This document shows, piece after piece, positions 46,908-56,969 of a stretch of 64,000 nucleotides of DNA. The DNA is taken from positions 372,001 to 436,000 of the forward strand of contig JABVCE010000027.1 of assembly GCA_014905635.1 (NCBI GenBank), given 5' to 3'. Under the pieces are notes generated by a model, which saw nothing but the letters and a program-made list of their open reading frames with translations, did no database searches and was not told where the DNA came from. Positions within the stretch are counted from its first letter, which is position 1; the number at the start of each line of letters is the position of its first letter. This stretch comes from Scenedesmus sp. PABB004. Its lineage: Eukaryota. A program made the translations under genes and the position numbers.

Positions 46908-49900
46908 GGGCCGCAGAGCACCTGGGCGAGCAGGCAAGCTACAGCCTGGCGCAGTACCTCGCGATCGGGCAGTGCGACGGCGGGCTGAGCGCGGAGGAGC
47001 TGGTCGCGGCCATCGCGCACGCGATCTTCGTGGAGCAGGCGCGCGGGGTTGCGGGTCTAAGGGCTCAGGGCTTAGGGCCGGCCGCGCTGGGAAGGCGGCG
47101 ACGGGTGGCCAACACCGCCGCCGCCGCCGTCGCGTGCGCAGGAGCCGTGCTTCCGCATGCCACAGCTGCGCTGGAGCAAGCGGCGGCCGGGGAAGTGCCG
47201 GTGGGTGCTGTACGAGGTGTGGCGCCTCGACGACCCCGCCACCGGGCAGCCGGCGATGCTCGTCACAGAGCAGAACATCAGCCAGGTGGGGCGGCGGCGG
47301 CCCCGCGCGTGGCCTGGAAGGCCTCAGGCAGGGCCGCGGAGGGGGCCCGGAGCGGGCTCCGCGAGCGGGCGCGCGGAGGGCGCCGGCGCCGCGCTGACCG
47401 GCACCCGCCCCGGCCCGCCGCACCCCCCCCCCCTCCGCTGCCCGGCGCGCCAGGTCAAGTCGGTGGAGGACCAGCACAGCGCGGAGATGCGGGCGCTGGA
47501 GGAGCAGCTGGAGGCGGCCCTCGCGGCGCAGGGCGGCCCCGGCGGCGGCGCCAGCGACGGCAGCGGCGGCGGCGCGCCCGGCGCGGCCGCGCCAGCCATT
47601 GACACGAGCAGCGCCGCAGAGAAGACGCTGACGCTGCTGGACCGGCTGCTCCAGGCACGGCCGGCGCGCGCGCGCGTGGCGGGCGCGCCGCGCCGCCCTG
47701 CCGCTGACCCGCCCGCCGCCGCCGCGCCGCGCCGCGCCAGGGCGAGCCCGTGGGGCTGGAGGAGGCGCTGGACGCGCGTGCGGCGCTGCTGGCGGGCGCG
47801 AGCAACCTCCACGCGCCGCTCTATCTGGATGAACAGGCGCGCCCCGCACCCCCCGCGCGGCGCACGGGCCGCACCGGCAGCGCGGCGCGGCGCGGGGCGG
47901 CGCGTGCCCCCCCCCCCCCCCGCGCCTCCCGCACGCCCGAACCGCCGCCACCGCCGCGCGCGCGTGCGCGCGTGATGTGTGACGCGCGCAGGTGCTGCAC
48001 CACACCGCCGCGCTGTCGTACGAGCCGGAGGTCGGCGCGAGCCTGCTGCAGATGCTCAGCGAGCGCCCCTGGGAGGCCTATGGCAGCGCCAGCGGCAGCG
48101 CCAGCGGCGCCGCCAGCGGCCAGGTGCGGCGCGGCCCGCTGCGCTGCGCTGCGCGCTGGGGGCGCCCGCCGCGCCCACGTGCGCGCGCGCCGCCGCGCGG
48201 CGCGGCCCGCCCGACCGCACGCCCCCACCCCGCCGCTGTGCGCCCCACAGCTGCTGGACGGGGACGAAGAGAGCAGCGTGGCCTCGGACACCGCGCTGGT
48301 GCTGGGCCCGCTGCAGCGACGGTCGGGCGGCGCCGCGCTCGGGGACGGCTCCGCACACGGCTCCGGCCAGGGCTCGCCCACGGCGGCGTCTGCCGCCGCG
48401 TCCGGCGCGACCGGGGGCTCCGGCTGCGGCAGCTGCTTTGCGTCCGCCGCGGTGCAGCAGCAGGCGCAGGCGCCGCAGCCGGCGCAGGCGCAGGCGCAGC
48501 ACGGCCCCGGCAGCGGCGGCGGCGGCGCCGGCAGCGGCGGCGGCGGCGGCGGCGGCGGCGGGCTTCCGCCCACGGGGGCCAAGGCGGGGCGGCCCTCTGT
48601 CGCCTCTGCCTATCCCAACCTCACCCTGGACACCTGCCCCGGCGCTGCAGCGGCAGCGGCGGCGGCGGCGGCGGCGACGGCGGCGTCGGCGGCGGCCGCG
48701 TCGGCCGGCGGCAGCGGCAGCGGCAGCGGCGGCGGCGGCGCGCAGTCGCGCGCGTCCACCACGGCGGCGGCGCGGGCACTCATCGCGCTCATGGCCGCGC
48801 CGACGACCGAGGTGCACTGCGCGCGCTATGCGCGCTGTGCGCACCGCACCGCGCCGCGCCGCCGCCGCTCCGTCGCTGCGCGCCGCCGCCGCGCCGCCGC
48901 TGCCGCGTCGCCGCCGCGCACGTCCTGTCGCCGCTCACGCTCACGCTCCCGCGCCGCTGCCGCCGCCGCCGCCGCCGCCGTCGCCGCCGCCAGCTCGAGG
49001 GGCTGCTGGCGGAGGCGGAGGGGTGGCAGTTTGACTCCTTTGCGCTCGCGGCGGCGAGCGGCAACCGCCCGCTCAGCGTCGTCGCCTTCTTCCTCGCCAA
49101 GCGCATGCGCCTGCCTGACCGGGTGCGCACTCCGCCGCACCGCAGCGGGCTCACGCTCCCGCGCCGCCGCCGCCGCCGCCGCCGCGGCGCCGCCGCGGCC
49201 GCCGCGCTCCCACGCGCCACGCGTGCCACGCCCCACACTCACGCGCCCCACCCGCACGCCCGCCGCCCCGGCGCGCCCGCCCGCCGCCCCGGGCCCCGTG
49301 CCCCGCGCCCCGCGCCGCCGCGCAGCTGTCCCTGGACGAGGGCCGCCTTGCGCGCTGGCTGGTGGCCGTGGAGGAGGGCTACCCGTCCAACCCCTACCAC
49401 AACCGCACGCACGCGGCCGACGTCGTGCGCAACGCCGCGCTGCTGCTGCGCCGCGGCGGCGCCGCCGCGCTCGGGCTGGCCGACGACGTCAGCCGCCTCG
49501 CGCTGCTCCTCGCGGCGGTGCGCGCGGCGCCGTCAGGCCGGCCGCGCGCGCGCGCGCGCGCGTCGAGGGGCCCCGCTCTTGCCGCCCCCGCGCGTGCCCC
49601 GCCTCCCTCCCCCCGCTCAACCCCCGCCGCATCACCCCCGCCGCGTCACCCCCGCCGCTAAACCCCCGCCGCATCACCCCCGCCGCTAAACCCCGGCGCG
49701 CCGCGCAGGTCGTTCACGACTACGACCACCTCGGCGTGAGCAACGACTTCCTCGTGCGCGCGGGGGACGGCCTGGCGCTGCTCTACAACGACCGCAGCCC
49801 CCAGGAGAACCACCACCTCGCGGCGGCATGTGCGGGCGCCGCAGCGGCGCAGCGCGGCGGCGGCTGCGGCTCCGCCCGCGGCGGCGCGCGCCTGGGGCTG

Positions 49901-51500
49901 GCGGCGCGGCCGCGCGCCGCCGCTCTCCCACGCGCGCGCGCCGACGCGCGCCGGCTCGCGCCCACCGCCCTCGCCTCTCCCCTTCCTCGCCGCGCGCGGC
50001 GCGGCGCGCAGGGGGCCTGCTGCTGGAGCACCGCCTGCTCGCGCCGCTGCCGGGCAAGACGCGGGAGCTGCTGCGCCGCCTGCTGATCGAGCTGGTCCTT
50101 GCGACAGACATGAAGCAGCACTTTGCCATACACGGCCTCTTCACCTCGCGCGCACACCTCATGCCGCCGCCGCCGCCGCCGCAGCTGCAGCGCGGCAGCG
50201 GCAGCGCCGCGCTCTCGGGCAGCGGCGCCGGCCTGCCGCCGCTCGCGACGGCGCCCTCGGCGGCGACGAGCGGCGGCGGCGGCGGCGGCGCGCGCGCGGC
50301 GGACAGCCCCGCCGCGAGCCCGCGGCCCGGGGGCGGCGCCCCGCGCGCGCGCGCAGCGGCAGCCTCGCCGCCGCCGCGGACGACGGCTGCGGCGGCCCGC
50401 AGCCGCCCGCCGCCGGCGCCGGCGGCGGCAGCTTTGTGCTGAGCCGGCTGCGCAGCGGCAGCAGCGTGGCGCGGCGCGGCGGCCTGCTGGCGGGCGACGG
50501 GATGCTCGGCAGTTGGGAGGAGGACGCCGAGGCGCGGAGCCTCTACCTCCAGGTGGGTGGGTGTTGTGTGTGTTGTGTGGAGGTGGTGGTGGTGGTGGTG
50601 GGGTGGCGGCTCTCTTTTGCACTCCAGGGGGGCGACCCCTGCAGGCCTGACGCCCCTCCGCCCTAAACCCCAACCCCCTCCACCCCCACCCCCTAAACCC
50701 TAAAACAACCCTCCACCCCCCTCAGATGCTGCTCAAGGCGAGCGACCTCGGCCACCTCGCCGCGCCGCGCGCCGTGCACCGCCGCTGGGTCGCGGCGCTG
50801 GAGGAGGAAAACTTCAGACAGGCGCGCGCCGCGCGGGGCGACGGGCAGGGGCGAGGGGCGGCGCCTGCGCGGCGCCAGCGCTGGCGCCGGCGGCGCTGGC
50901 ACGCCCGCGACCCACACGGCCCGCCCGCCCGCCCGCCCGCCCGCCGCCCGCCCGCCCGCCCGCCCGCCCGCCACCGCCGCCGCCGCCGCGGCGCAGGGCG
51001 ACCGCGAGCGCGCGGTGGGGCTGCCCGTGTCGCCGCTGATGGACCGCACGCGCGCGGGCATCACCAAGAGCCAGGTGGGGGGGGGGGGGGGGCGGCACGC
51101 GTGGGCGGGGGGCACGCCGCGGCGGCGCGCTGTCCCGAGGGCTCAGGGCTGAGCCCTCAGGGTTTCCCAGCCCCCTGATGCGGGCCTCAACTGCTAACAC
51201 CCCCCCCCCCCCGTGCCCCGCCAGGTGGGCTTCTTTGACATCGTGGCCCTGCCCCTGTTTAAGAGCCTCGCCCAGGTGCGTGGCGCCCGCGCCCGCGCCC
51301 GTGCCGCAGCGTGGTCCGCGCCGCCGCGCCGGCTCCACAGCGCCGGCCGGCCGCGCCTCACCGGCCGTGCCTCGCCGCCTCCCGCGCGCCTGCCCGCGCG
51401 CGCGCAGCGCCTGCCCGCGACGTCGCCGATGCTGGAGGCGGTGCTGGACAACTATGCGATGTGGAAGGAGGCAGAGGCGGGCGCCGCGCCGCCGCACTGA
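45635..51500 (+). CDS. Class I 3',5'-cyclic nucleotide phosphodiesterase with PAS-like N-terminal region; apparent frameshift near 50350
   Basis: [73 protein letters not shown] and [15 protein letters not shown]. Confidence 0.92.
49612..49694 (+). repeat. Intronic tandem repeat of about 14-nt units (CCCCCGCCGC-ATCA/TAAA)
   Basis: Directly visible. Confidence 0.7.
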
Positions 51501-51936
51501 GGGGGCGCGCTGAGCGGCGCGCGCGCGCTGAGCCGGCGCGCGCGCCGTGTGTGGGCGGCGCTGCTGCAGGGAGCACTGTGCATGGCGGGGAGATTGCTGC
51601 AGCTGGGACGCAGCCCTGCTGGAGGAGGAGCGTGCGCTCGGCCGCGCGCGCGGCCGCAAAACACACAACCCTACTGCGCCCCGACGCGCGCTGCGCGCCC
51701 ACCCGGTGCGGCAGGCCCACCGCCCCGCCGAGCTCCGGCGCCGCCAGATCGCGAGTGCCACGCCGCCCAGATCGCCGCCGCCCGCCCGCGCGCGCCGCTG
51801 GAGCAGCAGCACCCGCGCCGCCGCGCGCCGAGCGCCGAGCGCCGCGCCGGCGGGCTGGGGGCCGGCCCGGGTCGCGAAGGCGGGGCTCCACCTGCCGCTC
51901 GCGCCCAGGGGCGCCGGTAGGCCGCGAAAAGTCGCG

Positions 51937-52490
51937 ATGTCCTGGTGGGCGGGCACGCTGGTGTTCCTGGCCATCCAGGTCGTGGTCACGATCTGCATCA
52001 ACCTCTTCGACAAGAAGCCCAGCCGCGGGTGCGGGCCGCGGGCGCGGGCGGGGCCGCAGGGGCGCTGCAGGGGCCACCCAGCAGAGCCTGCTGCTCCCCC
52101 GCCTCCCCCGTCGCCCCCGCCGCACCAGGCTGTCGCACACGCTGGCCATCACGTCGGTGGTGCAGTGCTGGTTCCTGTGAGCGCGCGCCGGGGGCCGCCG
52201 CGCGGCTCGGCGCGCGGCAGGGCGGCGCTGCACGCCGGCGCGCGCTGCAGCCGCTGCCCAGCCGGAGCAGCGGCGCCGAGCCGCGCTGGCAGCGGCAGCA
52301 CCAGGGGCAGCAGTGCCAGCAGATCTGGCGGCGCGCAGCGCGCAGTGCTGCGCGGGCGGCCGCGCCGCGCGCGCCGCCGCTGCGTTCGCTCGCCGCTCAC
52401 GCGCTGCGCCGTGCCGCTCGCGCCGCCCGCAGCTGGTCGATCGTCTACATGGCCCAGCTGCACCCGCTCATACAGCCGGGCAACAAGTGA
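51937..52490 (+). CDS. VHA-e: V-type H+-ATPase subunit e, 3 exons
   Basis: About 65 aa with two TM segments; CWFLWSIVYMAQLHPLIQP matches the subunit e signature. Confidence 0.9.
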
Positions 52491-52549
52491 GCGGCCGAGC
52501 GTGATCGCGCGCGCGGCGGCCGGCTCGCGCCCCAGCGCCCCAGCGCGCT

Positions 52550-52622
52550 TGTAAAGCAGCTGTGATCGTCGACGTGCGCGCGACACGCGCCTGCCGCGCT
52601 CGCTCGCTCGCTCCCGATTACA
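52550..52622. terminator. Convergent TGTAA poly(A) signals (+ at 52550-52554, - at 52622-52618)
   Basis: They lie between the stop codons of VHA-e and the convergent gene. Confidence 0.55.
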
Positions 52623-52941
52623 ATGCTCGCCTGCCGCTCGCGCCGGCGGCGCGGCGTCACCGCAGCAGCGCCCGCTCGCTGCGGGATGCAACCAACGCAG
52701 TGTGACACCAACGCGGCATGTCGTGATAGCCGCTCGCCCTCGCCGCTCAGCAAGCCCCAGCACACAGCACCCCTGCCTCTGCGCGCTACGCACCAAAAAT
52801 CCCGCCTGCCTGCCGCTCGCTGACATTATTGGCCCACCCGGCACTGCGCCGCGCCGCGCCAGCCCCAGCTCTACTGCCGGCGCGGCGCGGCGCGCTCCCG
52901 CGCGTCACTTGCACGCGGCCGACTCGCTGCAGGCGGCCAAC

Positions 52942-55900
52942 TCACTGCAGGAGGTTGACCAGCAGCTCCTGGCTCTCCAGCACCACGTCGGCGGCCTGGT
53001 GGCTGAAGTTCTCGCCTGCGGCGGCGGCACCGCGGGCGGCGGCGGCGGCAGGCGTCGGCGGCGGCGGCGGGCGTCGGCGGCGGCGGCGGGCGTCGGCGGC
53101 GGCGGCGGGCGCGCGCGGCCCCCGCACAGCCCGCACAGCCCGCCCGCGCGCGCACACACACAGCCCGCCCGCGCACACACACACACACAGCCCATCGCGC
53201 ACAAACACAGCCACACAGCCACACAGCGCCGCGCACCTATGAACTTGAGCAGCGGGCTCTGCTCCTCCCACGGCGCGACCAGCTCCACGCCCTTGGCGAT
53301 GACCACCGCCCAGGCGAGGATGCTCAGGTTGTGGAACAGCCGGCTGAGCCCGCGCTCGCCCAGGCCCTGCGTGACGACGCACGGACACGCGCGCGTGTCC
53401 GCAGCGCGGCCGCGACGCGCCGCGCCGAAGGCGCCGCCCGCTGCGTGCGGCCTTCCCGCCCCGCCCCACCCTGGCCCCTAAACCGCCGCGCCTGCAGGAG
53501 GTGTTCCACGTCACACCCCTGGCTGTAGAGCGCCTCGTCAAAATTGGTCGTCGCGACAAAGATGAGCTCCGCCGCGACGGCCTTGTTCACGACCTGGATG
53601 CCGTCCGCCAGCGCGGTGCTGACGTCGTGGTTGGCCCTGGATTGATTGCGAGAGAGCGAGGGGGGGGGGGGCAGGCGGCGCGGCGGTCGGCGCGCGGGCG
53701 GTGCGGCGCTGCATGGCGCGGCGCGGCGCGGTTCGCGGCGTGGCGCGGCGGTGCGGCGCGCACAGGTTGGCTGTCAGCAGCATGCCCGTGGCCGCCGCCT
53801 GCAGGACGAGCGCGAGGCCCGCGTTGTTGAGGCTGCTCTGGCACGCCTGCAGGAGGGAGGGACGGAGGGCCGCGCAGCGCGGGTTGGCGGGCGGCCGCCG
53901 CGCGCCGGTGCCGCAGCAGGGGGCACGCCGCGCACGCGCCTGCACGAGCCGCTCCTCTGCCTGCGTGAGCACGTACGCCTGCGCCTGCTCCTCCTCCTCG
54001 CCGCCCTCGCCGCCCTCGCGCGGGGCGGCGCCGCCGTCCTCGCCGTCCTCTGAGCGGCTGATGATGGGCAGCGGGATGCGCTGCAGCAGCGACAGCCCCG
54101 CGCGCGCCGCGCCCGCCGCCGCGGCGCCCGCGCTGCGCCCGCCCGCGCGCACGGCGACCGCCGCCGCCGCGGACGCGGCCGCGAGCGGGCCGCGCGCGAC
54201 GCCGGGCGCGCCGCCCGGCGCGCCGGGCGCGCCGGCGCCGCCCCCCGGCGCGGCGCTCGCGACCGCGGCCGCGCTCGACAGCGCGGCCTCGCTGGGCTGG
54301 CGCCCCCCGCCGCCGAGCTGCAGCAGGTAACTGAAGGCGAGGCGGATCGCGAGCCGGTCCCCGAGCGGGAGGCCCTCGTCGTGCGCGGCGGCGGCGCAGC
54401 GGCGCTGCGTCTCGAGCGCCGCGTCGACGTCATCCAGGGTGGTACCGTACTTGCTCAGCACGTACCTGCGTGTGTGTGTGTGTTGGGGGGGGGGGGGGGG
54501 GTGATGGGGGTGAGACAGAGGAAAGAGAGAGGGGAGGGAGAGAGGTACACACAGAGAGAGTGCCACCACGCCCGCGCGGCGCACCACATCGCGCAGCTGC
54601 GGCCGACCGCGCCGGCGAAGAAGAGCCCGCTCGCGAGCGTCACGAGCGGCGGCCACTTGCTCGCCGCCTCGAGCGTCGTCACGATCGACACCGTCGTCGC
54701 GGCGATGCTGAACTGCGTGAACATGAGGCCCAGCCGGTTGATGCCCTGTGTGTGTGTGGGTGCGGGTGTGTGTGTGTGGGTGTGGGTGTGTGGGTGTGTG
54801 GGTGTGTGGGTGTGTGTGTGTGTGGGGGGGGGGGGGGTTGGCGTCGCGGCGTCGGCGCGTGAGAGAAGGGCGGAGCGGGGCGGGCGTGGCGGCGAGACGC
54901 GCGGCGCACGCGGGCGCGGGCGCGGGCGCAGGTGTGTGTGGTGCGCGCGCCTGGAAGGTGAACGCGAGCTTGCGCTCGTCGCTGGGCGCGCCCTCGACGC
55001 GCTCAAAGCTCGCCGCGCCAAACGCGAGCAGGTAGGCCACCAGCAGGCTGTCCACCCAGCTCGCGACGTCACCGACGGTGATGCCGTTGAACAGCACCTG
55101 ACGCGGCGGCACGCCACACCACGGCGGCGCACGCGCGCGCTCAGACTCGGCACACGGCCCGCGCCAGCACGCACCAGCCGCCGCCGCCATTGTGACTGCC
55201 GCGCGCTGGCCGCGCCGCGCCGCACCTCGGGGGCTTCGTCCATCTCCATGCCGGCGCTCGCCGCGAGCGTGAGCGCGATCCCCGCGCCCGCGACGCCGAC
55301 AAACGCGGTGCTGCACCCGCGCATCGCCTCGGCGAGCTCGTGGATGGTGGACAGCTGGCTGGTTCCAAAGGAGAAGGGCCCCGCGAGCTCGCGCTCCAGG
55401 AACTGCGCCGACGCGACCATGCTGTCGCCGTCGATGCTGCTGGTCGTCAGGTACGGCCCCGAGACGCCGATCGCTGCGGTCGGCGCCGACCAGGGCGAGA
55501 ACGGCCCCCGCGGCGCCGGCTGCTGCTGCTCCTGCTGCTCCTGCTGCTGCTGCTGCTGCAGCTGCGCCGGGCCGGGCCCGGCGCCGCCACCGCTGCCGCC
55601 CCCCGCCGCCGCGCCGGCAGCGGCGCCGGCGGTCGTCGTCGGCGCCGTGCCGGCGGCGGTGGCCGTGCTGCGGTCGCTGCCCGACGCGCGTGGCGGCTGC
55701 GGCACGCCGGGCCGCGGGCGGCCAGCCGGCCTGCGGCGGCGGCGGCGACGAAGCAGCGGGCGGCGTCGGTGGGACTACAACACCGAGCTCTGGGGCGTCA
55801 GGCCGCGGCTGCGAGCGCAGCTCGCTCACGCTCACCTGACGCGCAGCCGCGCGTGGGCATGCGACGCCCTGAGCGCCCGCATCGCCGACGTGCGCGGATT

Positions 55901-56105
55901 GCGACGCGCGGGGCTGCCTCGGCGCGCTGCAGCTCGGTGCGGGCGCGGGACGCGGGACGCCCGACCGGGAGGCAGACAGAACGCCGATCGTGGTGGAGGC
56001 GGGCGACGTGGTGGAGGCGGACGCGCGGCTCGGCGACAGCGACGACGAGTGGGCCAGGCGCCGGCCGCCCGTGGCGGTGCAGGCGGCGGCTGCGCTGTCG
56101 GCCAC
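52942..56105 (-). CDS. Uncharacterised multi-pass membrane protein with internal duplication; start codon not resolved
   Basis: About 9 in-frame splice junctions link hydrophobic exons (VLFNGITVGDV.., GINRLGLMFTQF.., GLSRLFHNLSIL..). Confidence 0.7.
54747..54823. repeat. (GT)n/GTGG microsatellite in an intron
   Basis: Directly visible. Confidence 0.9.
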
Positions 56106-56969
56106 GTTTGCGCTGGGCCGCGCGGCGCCGCCGGCCAGGGCGCAGGCGCTGCCGTGGCAGCCGGCGGCGCGGCGCAGTCGGACAGTACCAGCGCGAGCAA
56201 ACCCCGCTCCACCGCGCCCTCGAAGCGCTGCCGCGGCCGACTTCGCGCGCCGAATCGATGAAGTAGACGCTCAGTAACTCTCCCTGATCGCCGCGAGGCG
56301 GGTGCAGGGCGGGTGGGTGCAGGACGTCCGAGGAGCAGGCGCAGCAGCGGGAGCAGGCGGAGGAGGGGGGCGCCGGCGTGACGCGCCGCGCGCTGTGCGC
56401 GCGCTCTAAGCGGCGGCGGGTGTGAGCACGTCGTCGGGCAACGGGGTTAAAAAGAAAACTCGCCCAACGCCAACACTAGCTACTCTTGTAGCTTCTTTGG
56501 CAAGCGCCGCTGCCTGGGAGCCAAAGCCGTGGCCCTGCCGCTGCATGCAGCGCGCGCATGCCCGCCATCACGCCGTCGGTCGCCTGCGTGCGCGGCGGGG
56601 ATGGCAGGTAGCGGGCGGCAGGCGGAGCGGCAGCGCGGTCAGCGGGCTCGGACCCGCCGGCGACAGCGGCGGCGGGCAGGGCAGGCCGACCGGCGCGCTG
56701 TGGCCCCGTGCACCGCAGCTCAGCCCGCCTGCTGCAGCCTGCGCCGCCAGTGCCGGCGCCGTTCGAGCGAGCGAGCAGCGCGCGATGCGGCGGCGCTGCT
56801 CTGCTGTCCCGGCACTGGCGGCGCAGGCTGCAGCAGGCGGGCTGGGCTGCGGGGCACGGGGCGCTCTGTCAGGTTCGCGAAATCAAGCACGGCGAGCACA
56901 GCGCGGTCCACAGCGCGGCGAGCCCTGCGCGGCGCTGAGCCGCTGCGGCCGCTGAGCCCTGCGCGGCGC

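Noticed and set aside
49612..49694. CRISPR-like array
   Set aside because: Short tandem units with no unique spacers, in a eukaryotic intron, and no cas genes.
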